Notes under the pieces: model-generated | The model's input: the letters and a program-made list of their open reading frames with translations, nothing else | Told to the model about the DNA's origin: nothing | The model's database searches: none | Shown here: piece by piece, positions 53,400 through 64,000 of the stretch | Layout: the number at the start of each line of letters is the position of its first letter | How positions within the stretch are numbered: the stretch's first letter is position 1 | Position numbers and translations under genes: made by a program | Assembly: GCF_009834535.1 (NCBI RefSeq) | Contig: NC_045696.1 | Span: 27,902,001 to 27,966,000 of the forward strand | Length of the DNA: 64,000 bases | Source: Camelus ferus | Lineage: Eukaryota | Direction: 5' to 3'

Positions 53400-54430
53400 T
53401 TTTGATGAAACATCTGGGAAGATTTCACCAAGAGGTAACATTTCAGCCAGATCTGGAAAGATACCTAGGACTCCAACACACTGAACTGAAAGACAAGTGG
53501 GCATTCCAAGCATGGAAGAGTGAATGGAAGAAAATCTGTCCAAGTCTCTGCATCTGTAACATCCAGGTCTTAATTCTGAACCCCATCCAAGCCATTCTTC
53601 ACATTGCTATGAAAGTGATCCTTCAAGGATCATCAAGTCATGCTCCCTACTGGTTCAGAGTATAACGAAAACCCTTTAGTATAGAATGGAAAAATTGACC
53701 ATCAGCTTGCCTCAGGACATCTCTCCAGCCCCATCTCCTGCTGCCTGGTCTTCCTCCCCTGCCTCACTTACCCCAGTTCTATCAAACGACTTGTGGTTTC
53801 CCAGAGACATTGTGATCTGGCATAGGCTTCCTCCTCTGTTTGGTATAACCTTTTGTTCATTATCTATGTCCTTGATTTTTACTCATTTTTCAAAACAAGT
53901 TTGAATAAAACTGCAAATGCTAGGAAGCTCTCACTAAAGTAAGATTACATTTGCTGATACATTAGTCTTATGTAGCTGTCATCTGTGAGTAGTCCTCGTC
54001 CTCAGATAAATTCTTCTTGTTTGTATGTTACCGCAAACACACCTCTTAGCTCTAATGACAACTGCACTGGTCTGCTTATTAATTTCTCCTCTGGACCTCA
54101 GCTACCGGGTGGCCAGGATTTTCTTCTTTTATAATCTAATACAAAACAGGAGTTCAAATTTTTGACTGTTGTTAAATTAGACTGAATTGAGCAAAAGCAT
54201 GGAAATGAGAGAATGCAGACATCGTTTGGGGATCATGAACTGATCCTCTGTGGTTGGGGGTACAGAAGAGAAATAAAGAGCCTTTAGAATGTTGAAGAAA
54301 ATGGTCAGTGGAAATAATGTCCTGATGTAAAAGACTTCGAATGCCATCACAGGGAATTAGATCTCCATTCTATCGTCACAGGCATCCTGGCAAATGTTTT
54401 GAACAGACGAGTAATCCAATTTATACTTTA
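53400..54430. mobile_element. LINE-2 fragments in alternating orientations
   Basis: Antisense L2-like at 53400-53525 and 54190-54430; sense L2-like at about 53530-54160. Confidence 0.55.
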
Positions 54431-56200
54431 AAATCTTAAATAGGAAACATTCATATTAAATTAGAGTTTTACACAGAGAAAGATTCATATTACATTTATT
54501 AACTAAAGTCATGCTTATATTTTTGTTGTCAACCATAAAACATATATGCTACATGTAAGTTTCTTTAATTATGGTTGTTAGAGTCTTTCAATAAGAGATG
54601 CTGAGATTGAATTTCACAAGAATGTAGAACCTGCTAGAGCATATTACATTTATTGGTAACAGACAACCACAACCATTTTTTAAAAAAGGCAATTGTTAAC
54701 AAAATACTTAACATAAAATGGCATTCAATGAGCCTTGACAATTTTAACTACAAACAACACTAAATAATGAATCAGTGAGTTGTAGTTTCTTGGGTACTGA
54801 AACACTAAGACACATTTTGTTCTCTCCGATATTTTGTGTGTGTTTATTTACATATGTATGATTTCAACTATCTATGTGTCCCTCTACGGTGGCCCTAATT
54901 AGCATTTCTTTCAATTTTGGTCAACAAGTTAAAAAAAAAAAGCTATATTGTTTTTGCAATACCTTTTAGTGATTCTGTTCTATGGGGTAAGCTATGGAGC
55001 TGGAGTAGATCAGTTTTACACAATTTCACAGGAAGAAAACATAATATGAGCATGTAAAAAATTCATCCTTACTTTCCTTAGTCCCTCAAATAGGCACATC
55101 TTAAATTACTATTCTCAGAAAAAAGCAATTGGTCGTCCTAGATATAATGATATGACTCTGGTGCACCTACATGTATAGTATGTCAAAAAAGAAAAAAAAA
55201 TGAATTTCATTTCCTAGAGTCTGCAGATTGCTAGTATAAAGGAAGGTTAAAAGAAAACTAAAATGATTTAGAAGTAGTAATAGGTAAGACACTCTGAAGG
55301 AATGAATCTGTGCTCCAGAGATTACTTCAAAATTGATTGAACTTATAACCACAACATAAAATGATTTTGTATTTAACATAGCAGTAGTTCTATAAATTTT
55401 ATCTGCTACAGGCATAGCAGAGTTTGATTTCACCAAGTAAGCTATGCTGATCACAGTGGTTTCAGAGGCTGACTTCCAGGAAAATAAGAAGATCAATTTT
55501 TCCAAGAGGAAAAAAAAAATGTAACTAGTTCAGTTCAACAGTTTTCAATTATCCATTATTACACTTTTAATCAACAACAGCACAGAATGATGGCAGTCCT
55601 GGTCCTTATAAGAGAATACATTCTCTCTGCTGCCTGAATCTTATTTTTGATTTTGGCCAGATACAAAAATATAAATAAATAAAATAACATGAATAGAGAA
55701 TTGCCTGAAGACATGCAGTCCAACCTTATCTTTATATTCTAGATGACATCCTTGGATCAACTCAAACTATTAAGTTATTCACATACCATTCTTGAGTGAG
55801 TCTTCTCAGAGATTTTCTTTCCCTAAGTTGCACTTTGGTAGAATACTATCAACCTGCCCTGAGTAGAGATATAAGAAAATTCATATATAATGTATCACTG
55901 TAGATACCGTGGAGATACATAGAAAACACAGTCCCATGTATTGCAGAATATCTTTTTATGAAGATTTCTGATGGAAATCTCAGGCTTTTCCTGCCAATCT
56001 GGTTTTTTATTTAATATTCATAGACTTAGAGAATAATGTAACTAATCATGTTTTCCTTTTGTTTTATTGTAAGATTGCTAGGAGGTCAATATAGTCAACC
56101 TATTTTTGGACTTACGGAATATATTTTTGTGGTGGGCCCTGTTTTTTCTGCACCCAAAGCCCTGTTCCATGAAGTGCATTCATATTCCAGCAGCAGAGAG

Positions 56201-56912
56201 CTGTGGCTGCTCCCAACAGGGGCAACAGTACCTCACAGAGAGAGGTACTTGAAAATTCTGGGGAGCACTTTTTGGTTGTTAAATGACAGGGAGACACTAT
56301 AAGAATTTAGTGGAAGGAAATCAAGGAAGATACATGCCCTGTAACATGTCAAGTATGGCTTCAGAACACCCCACCAGCAATCGACACAGGAAAAGAGACA
56401 GTCGTTAACAGTGTTACCTACAATGTAACTTCAGTTCACGTACCAGGACAAAAAAGTTTGCATTGCTTAAACATAACTAAATTGCAATACTATGTAAATG
56501 GGGAGGAGTTTGCAACTTCCCACGTTTGAACTTTATCCTGAGCTAGAAACCATTTTAGATAATCAAAATGCCAAGGACCGCAAAGATTTTTGCATTTAAA
56601 TCATCAGTACAAAATACTATTATCTATCAGTGTTTAAAGCTGTCACATATATGGCATTGGCTTCACAAGTCTTGGGGTTAAGTCTTCTAATGTATTTTTC
56701 TTGAGAATTTATAGATTGAAGGAGGTGCATGTATTATTATATATAATTCCCCTTTATTTATTTTTCGTATTATAATTTTGGCAGTAAATTAGACTTTTTA
56801 ATACTGTATGCATTTTGGTTATATTAACTATGAATTTCATCTAAGTATAATGAAAGGCATTTTTTTCTTCATAAAATAGGAAGACTGGATTAGATACATT
56901 TAAGGGACACTG
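56201..56912 (+). mobile_element. MER20B/Charlie8-like hAT element
   Basis: MER20-like 5' part (cccaacaggggcaa...tttttggttgttaaatgacagggagacactataagaatttagtgg) and TIR-like end taagggacactg. Confidence 0.55.
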
Positions 56913-57069
56913 GTTTAAGGTAATCAAAAGTATAATATTAATATTTTTGTGAAGCAGAAATAAGTGCACTTGAAATATTTTATGTACTGGTAACATTTTA
57001 GAAAAGTTTGAAAGGCAAATTTTGTATGAGTAATAATATGATGAATTAATATTTTACTAGAATAAAAAT

Positions 57070-60000
57070 AGTTTAACAAAGTCACCTTTTTAAAAATGTT
57101 AGCAACACCAATTACAAAAATAATGAAAATCAGTAAGTACCTAGATGTAATTTTTAAAAAGATATATGTGATCTTTAAGGAAAAAATGAAAATGTTTTAT
57201 AGAAAGATATTAAAGAATACCTAAATAAATGGAGAAATATACAGTACACATTTTGTTAAAATAATGAATGTAACAATGATACGATATTTCAACAAATTGA
57301 ACTAAGATTCAATACATTATCAATGAAAATCCTCTTAGCATTTTCCATTGAACTTGACAAACATTCTAAAATCTACATGTGCAAAGAATATAACAAGATG
57401 GAGAATTTATCCTACTGAATATAAAAACTTATTCCACCTGTGACAATGGTTTTATTACTGAAATAGAAAAACTTCTGTATGAAATGGGGTGAAGAACAGA
57501 GGAGGAAAAGTAGGCATATATGGAATCTTGATATGTAAGTGGGCATTGCAGACAGGGAAGAAAAAGATGAACTTTACAGTAAATAAAGGCAGCATAATTG
57601 GCTGTCCACATGAAAAAAATTAAAGAATCCCAAATTTATACCAATCATAAAAAATCTATTCTAGGTGAATTAAGCATTTAACTATAAGCCCAAATGATAA
57701 AACTTGAAGAGATAATACAGAATATATTTATCACTATGAGATGAAACATTTCTTAAACAAATGACACAATTACAAATTATATAGACAGGTTGTTAATTTC
57801 AGCTATATTAATAATGTATTTTCATGAAAAGACATCATAAAGAGACTAAAAAGAAATCACAAACCAAGAGAAGATATTATGTACATAATATTTATGCAAA
57901 GGCTAAAGGAAGAACTGCTAATAATCTAAAATAAAATGGCAAACAAAAGAACTTTTAAAATTTTTATATATTTAGTTTAAAAAGACATCCAAATGACCCA
58001 TACACATGTAAAGAGCAATTAAGAAAATGCACATTTGCAGTGGAGAAAAGACAGTCTCTTCAACAAGCAGTGTTGGGAAAGCTGGATAGCTGTATGTAAA
58101 TCAATGAAGTTAGAACACACTATACACAAACATAAGCTCAAAATGCCTTAAAGACTTAAACATAAAACAAGACAGTATAAAGCAAAAAGACACTATAAAG
58201 TCAAAAGCTTTTGCACAGCAAAGGACACCATAAAGAAAATGGAAGGACAACCTACATAATGGAGAAAATATTTGCAAATCATGCAGCTGACAAGGGCTTA
58301 ATCTCTAGAATATACAAATAGCTCATACAACTTAGTAACAAAAAATCCCCAAACAACCCATCCAAAAATAGGGAGAAGATCTAAACAAACATTTCTCCAA
58401 TGAAGACATACAAGTGGCCAATAGGCACATGAAAAAATAGTCAATATTGCTAATTATCAGACAAATGCAAATCAAAACTACAATGACGTATCACCTCACA
58501 CTGGTCAGAATGGCCATTATTCAAAGCCTACAAACAATAAATGCTGGAGATGGTGTGGAGAAAAGTGAACCCTCCTCTAGTGTTGATAGGAATGTAGTTT
58601 GGTGCACTGACTAAGGAAAAACAGTAGGAGATTCCTTAAAAAACTAAAAATAGACATATTCTATGATCAGTAGTTCCACTCTTGGGCATATATCTGGAGG
58701 AAACTCTAATTCGAAAAGATAAATGCACCTCACTGTTCATAGCATCACTATTTACAATAGCCTAGACATGGAAGCAACCTAAATGTCCATCAACGGATGA
58801 CTGGATAAAGAAGTTGGGGTATATACATATACACACATACATACAAACACACACAATGGAATACTACTCAGCCATAAAAAAATAAGCTAATGCCATTTGC
58901 AGCAACATCTAACATGGATGAACCTGGAGATTGTCATAGTAAGTGAAGTAAGCCAATAAAGAGAAAGGAAAATACCATATGATTTCACTTATATGTGGAA
59001 TTTGGGGAAAAAAAGGACACAAGTGAACTTATTTACAAAACAGAGACAGACTCACAGACATAGAAAACAAACTTATGGTTACCAGGGGGAAAAAGAAGTG
59101 GGAAGGGATAAATTGGGAGTTTAGGATTTGCAGATACCAACTACTATATATAAAATAGATAAACAACAAGGTCCTACTATACAGCACAGGGAACTATATT
59201 CAATATCTTTTAATGGCCTATAATGAAAAAATATGAAAAGAAATATAAATCTGTATGTGTATAAGTTCATCACTATGCTGTACACCAGAACTTAACACAT
59301 TGTAAGTTGACTGTATTTCAATTTTTAAAAAAGGAATGATTGGAAAAAAAAAAGTAAATGCACATTAAAACTATAATGGAACCATTTCACAATTATCAGA
59401 TTGACAAAAATATAAAAGCTAGTCAATACCAAGAGTTTGCCAGGATACTGAGAAGCTGACATTCTCATCCACTGTGGGCAAAAGTGTAAATTTAAACAAG
59501 AACTTTGGAAAGATTTTGTATCACCTAAGACATTTGAACATTCGTATGTCCTACAACAAGCAATTTTATTCCTAGATTTTTATTTCAAAGACGCTCTTGA
59601 ACATGAACACCAGGAGATAAATATTACAATATCAAAAAGCTTTGTTTGAACTTTTAATTTTTTGAACTCAAATTCAAATATTTATATCTATCAACAGGTG
59701 GCATCACTGTTTAAACTCCATTATTTAAAAATAACGGAAAATAAAATGTCCATGAATGATGAGAAGGATACATAAAATGTAGTGTTTTCTGTTGAGTACC
59801 ACATAGGAATAATAGCAATTCAATAATGCTGTGTGCATCATCAGAAATAAATATCAGTAGTAGTGTTGAGAGGAAGGAGTCATGGACGAATACATAAAAT
59901 ATGATTCTCTTCATCTTAAGCTTAACAACTGACAAAGTAAACAATTCATGCATGCTAAAGTCGTAAGAAAAAGCAGGAGAAAGATTAACACACACAAAAA

Positions 60001-60130
60001 ATGGTGATGTGATGGCAGGAAGTTAGTGAGGGAAATGTTATCCAAGAAGAGTGGAGCCAGGAGGATCCTAAGTGGCAGAAGATGATTGTTTTTTAACCTC
60101 AGTTGTTGATAACCTCAGGAGTAGTGTCTG
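57070..60130 (+). mobile_element. Old LINE-1 (L1M-type) ORF2/3' remnant, host of a younger L1
   Basis: gatattaaagaatacctaaataaatggagaaatata, agattcaatacattatcaatgaaaatcc, gaacttgacaaacattctaaaat. The sequence continues across the insertion (aaatgcacatt|aaaactataatg). Confidence 0.8.
58036..59351 (+). mobile_element. Younger 5'-truncated lineage-specific LINE-1 with 15-bp TSD
   Basis: ORF2 C-terminal region, 3' UTR and A-tail. TSD aagaaaatgcacatt (58021-58035) / aagtaaatgcacatt (59352-59366). Confidence 0.93.
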
Positions 60131-61849
60131 TTTTAGTACTGTCACTCCTGCTGTATCCACTGGGCCTTATAGCAGTTACTTACACACACACATAAATGCC
60201 CATCTACTATCTAGTTATTTCAACCTTGGAACCCCATTCATTACTTTTTTATTTATGTTCAAATGTTGGGAAAGGCAGTCTTGTGCATGGAGTCTCTTGG
60301 CTCCCACCTGGCCAAGTAAGACTGGGTATTGAGTGAGTCTGCAACACTTCCTTCCTAAGAGATAGAAAGCCCGGACAGCCTGTGCTGGGCTTATCACCTC
60401 CTGTGGGATTATCTTTCCCTGTTTCAGGCTGAAAGAATGGTCTTTTGCCTCTGCTGGAAGCGTGCGTGTCATGTGGCACTTAGGCAACCCCACTGTTACG
60501 TCTGTCCTCCACGGGGAATGGACTGGGTTCTTCCACTGCAGCACAAGACACACAGTGACCCGCTGGCCATGGTGGAGGGCTGCACCTACTACAACTAGTC
60601 TTGCTCTGTCTCTTTTCTATGTAAGCAAAGCATTGTTCCATCCAGTTCCTGACTGTGCTACATTTTCCTTGGTGACTCCAGTACCAAGATGCAACATTCA
60701 GACACTCAGAAGTGTTTAGAGTCCTTCCTGGGGACTGGTAACTGGTGCAAATACCCTACTTCCTTCTGCTCAACACAAAATGTTATACATATTTATTAAT
60801 GTCATATCCAAATTAATGTACATATAATATTCACATACAATATATTAATAAATTGTATGTGCTATATATAAATATATTGAACCTCATTATTTAACCCCAG
60901 AGTGAACTTCTGAAGTTTTTATTTCAAAAATTACGAGGATGACACCAGAAAACTCACATCAATGGTCTTGTTCATCCTTGGAAACTCATGAGTAGAATTA
61001 TGTGCATAGTGATTTTCATAGAGTATATTCATTTCTGATTTGATTATTTTTCCTGAATAATACAGAAATTGTTTTCTCTCATTATTTTTGCCTTTCCTCT
61101 ATTACCTACAAGAACATAAATGTCTCATCCTGCCTTTTTATTTTACCATTTGTGCCTCTTTATTCTTAACAAATCTTGAGTTAACGTAAGTGCTGAATTC
61201 AAAATTTTACTTCTGTGGGATAACATCAAAAGTAAATTTTCCAGATCCCTACAATCCTCTATAATTTCATGTATCATAAATCAAATTATGAGTCCACAAT
61301 TGCAAATCATCTTTCCCAAAATAAATGTTTGAAGTTTTACCATGCAACATGTCCTGTCTAATAATATTTCAGCACATTATTTGAACAGTCACTTGAATTT
61401 GGCATCATATACATTATAGCCTGTTTTTAGTGTTTTAAAATAAATGAGATCATGATGCAATTAGTGTTACTTATAATAGATATGTACAAAACTTAATTAA
61501 AATACGATAAATGGAGGATTTTTTTTCCCCCACCAAGCTGTCACAGTAATTTTGGAGCACATCTGTTTATTTACAAACCATAGTTTATATTTGTTCTGGA
61601 TGTGCTTGCTAAAGATATTATAAGAATATGCCCCAGTGAACTTGCAGAAAATCAATATGGCTGTGCAGCTCTACATTTTAGACCATATCAGTATATTTAA
61701 GTTGACCTTTTACTCTCCTAATCTAGTCTTCTTGGTTTAAGAATAAATATCTTACACTTTTTAATTTGTTCTAGATTTTTTAAAAACAAGGAAACTATGT
61801 AAACTTTAAATCAACAGGGAAATTTATTTAACTTGACAATATACTTCAT

Positions 61850-62665
61850 AATTTAAAATCCTGTTATAATAACTCTAATACGGTATCATGGTGACAAACT
61901 GATTAGAGGGAGGTATCAACTGGTCGGTGCCTTGACCTACTCAGCAGGTCAGCGTGGAAGCATGTGAGACAAAGAATCAAATGGCCACTTGTAAGGTGAA
62001 ATCCTGAAAATGAGCCTGAAATATTAGCTGTCCAAGTACTAGGAAGATAAAAACGCACGGTAAAGGAGCACAAGGGAGAAGACTTAGAAGCGATTGCTGA
62101 CTATGCATTTAATTTTACTCAACAGTGTAACATAAATGCAAACATAAAGTTAGACAAACAGAAGAAAATTAAACTAATAATGAGCTTGGGTTTAACAGGA
62201 AGAAAGACAGTCCAGAAAGAGAGTTGATAGTTTACAACTTAGTACGAATGCTGACAAACTGGGCTGATTCCCAAAAGAAAGACAAGCAGTAAGACCAGGC
62301 AATATCATATGCCCATCATGAGTCTCACTGAAGAAATGAGACTGCATGGTTTAGACAACAGAGAGTGAGGGACGTGAGAGATGATGGCCAATGCTGTGGG
62401 GCCATTTCCCAAAGCCGAGCACTACGCTTGTTTTCAGTGGCTCTACAGAGAGCGTTCCACAGAAGTATCTCCTAACAAACAAAACTGTTAACAATGGAAT
62501 GGATAGTGATATCATTAACAGGTGTTCAGCTTTTATCTGAACAAAACTAGTGGCACTGAAGCAAGGATTCAAGTGTTGGAGGGGGGTTCAACAACATAAG
62601 CTCTTAGCGTCTCTTAAGACTTCAGATCTATTGTTTTATACCATAGATTGTTATAAAATTTAATT
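61850..62665. mobile_element. Possible ancient TcMar-Tigger-like remnant
   Basis: The ends aaaatcctgttataataac and ttgttataaaattt resemble degenerate Tigger-type terminal repeats; interior not recognised. Confidence 0.25.
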
Positions 62666-63010
62666 TATTTGCTTAAGGCTTAACCAAAAGCAATAAACTT
62701 CCAGCGTGGAAGGATTAAATTGATTTGACTACAACATGAGTTAGTTTGAACCAAATGCTTATACTTGAGAATTGTAAATATAAAGCTAAAAAGATTAATC
62801 TTTTAAAAAAAACCCAAAACAGTCCTGAAGTATGCTAAGGTTATATGCACGTATACTTTGTTGAGTTGCTTATTCTTTTAATCCGAGTCACTAGGTGATA
62901 TTAATTATACTGTAAGATACAGCTTGTTGAACTCCTTCACCCTCTGTCAATGGCAAATCCGTGGGCCTGGGTTGTCCGGATAAACTGTCCCACTGCTCTA
63001 CTGGTCTTGC

Positions 63011-63112
63011 AGCTACTGCCACCACCACTACTCTTACTACTAAGACCATTTCTATTACTGCTACTACTACTACGACAATTACTTTTACTAGTAATACTGG
63101 GATGACTACAAC
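63011..63112. repeat. Degenerate (CTA)n/(CCA)n trinucleotide repeat
   Basis: Directly visible; explains the poly-V and poly-S ORFs at 62891-63127. Confidence 0.85.
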
Positions 63113-63124
63113 TGAGAAGTAACA

Positions 63125-63355
63125 CACACTGAGTTGTTATAATATGCTAGGTACTCTAAGAATGTTAGATAAGCTGAGTGACTTATCCCTTGAGCAACCC
63201 TATGAAGTAGGCACTATTATTAGCTCCATTTTACAGACCAGTATACTGCAGCAAGTTTAAGTTAAGCATCTTGTCCAAGACCTTACAAGTTAAAGGCGAG
63301 GTGACCAGCATTAGAAATAAGTGGTGGTTTAAGATTTTATACTCTTATTAATCTA
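63125..63355 (-). mobile_element. MIR SINE
   Basis: caaccctatgaagtaggcactattattagctccattttacagac...gttaagcatcttgtccaagacc. Confidence 0.85.
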
Positions 63356-64000
63356 TAGTCTAGTCAAAAAATTCAAATGAATTGTGATATAAGCATGATT
63401 TTTAACACAGAAGCAATATGTATCTGTAGCAGGAAGTTTTCTCCAAATATAGCACATCATTCTAATCACATCTTTACACTGTTCTTAGCACCTCTGTGTT
63501 CAATCTCTTCGGTAATTCTGTTCATTTATTTTTCTCATGTTTGTAGGTGTCTTTTACAGAACCTAGTATTTTCATAGCATTAGCAGTTATGACTAAGCAC
63601 CAGTTAATTGGTTGATCATGCTTGGTATTTGTCCTCCACTATGTTTCAGTCTTCCTTGTCTATGAGAGGGTATGCATGCCCCCCACCTTAGAACCCAAGT
63701 TTATGTTTCTGCAGAGAGTAGCTCTCTACCATGATATGAGATGCCATTTAAACACCAAAGTTGATAAGAACTTTTTTCTTTTATTAATTTCAAAAAGAAA
63801 GATTAGTGATTTTAAAAATCAGTCACTGTTATCATATAATTAAGTAAGGATAAATGTAGTGGCTTCCATGAGTATCAAACTGTTACTGCCTGAGAAGTTA
63901 TGCACTTTTAAAGAAACTGTGATTGAGTGAATTAGCCATCATATACCTGGTTTGATGATAACTCCCCTCTTGGTTCTCTTCCCTTATTTGCACCTAAGCC

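Noticed and set aside
60072..60719. GC-richer block with overlapping ORFs on both strands
   Set aside because: No convincing splice signals or recognisable protein; higher GC explains the ORF density.
1..64000. CRISPR array, operon or other prokaryote-type system
   Set aside because: No regularly spaced repeat-spacer array and no gene-dense segment; the window looks like ordinary mammalian DNA throughout.

Overview
Mammalian genomic DNA: AT-rich, CpG-poor and dense in repeats. It is most likely camelid, because it carries three copies of a short tRNA-derived SINE resembling camelid Vic-1 and three younger L1 3' ends of one family. No long ORF is credible. The only gene-like signal is on the minus strand at about 26.2-27.7 kb: a (CT)n-associated short exon ending in a good donor (27478), then a candidate first coding exon (ATG 26281, donor after 26173) encoding a signal-peptide-like N-terminus, MAVLLLMLLLSMAEITSPVGVSGRMKAGSRWRGEKN. 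I could not name the gene. If this is right, 1-26172 is a long intron and >27.7 kb is upstream sequence. The rest is L2, MIR, L1, hAT/Charlie and LTR remnants plus microsatellites. The most unusual structure is 30681-32164: an ERV internal-PPT-U3-R segment that ends in an A-rich tail instead of U5, is flanked by a 13-bp target-site duplication and may have an inverted 5' part. That looks like an ERV RNA copied by L1 machinery. Two old local duplications and several nested or atypical insertions are also visible. Repeat family names come from my recollection of consensus sequences, not a database search. I found no evidence for a novel multi-gene system.
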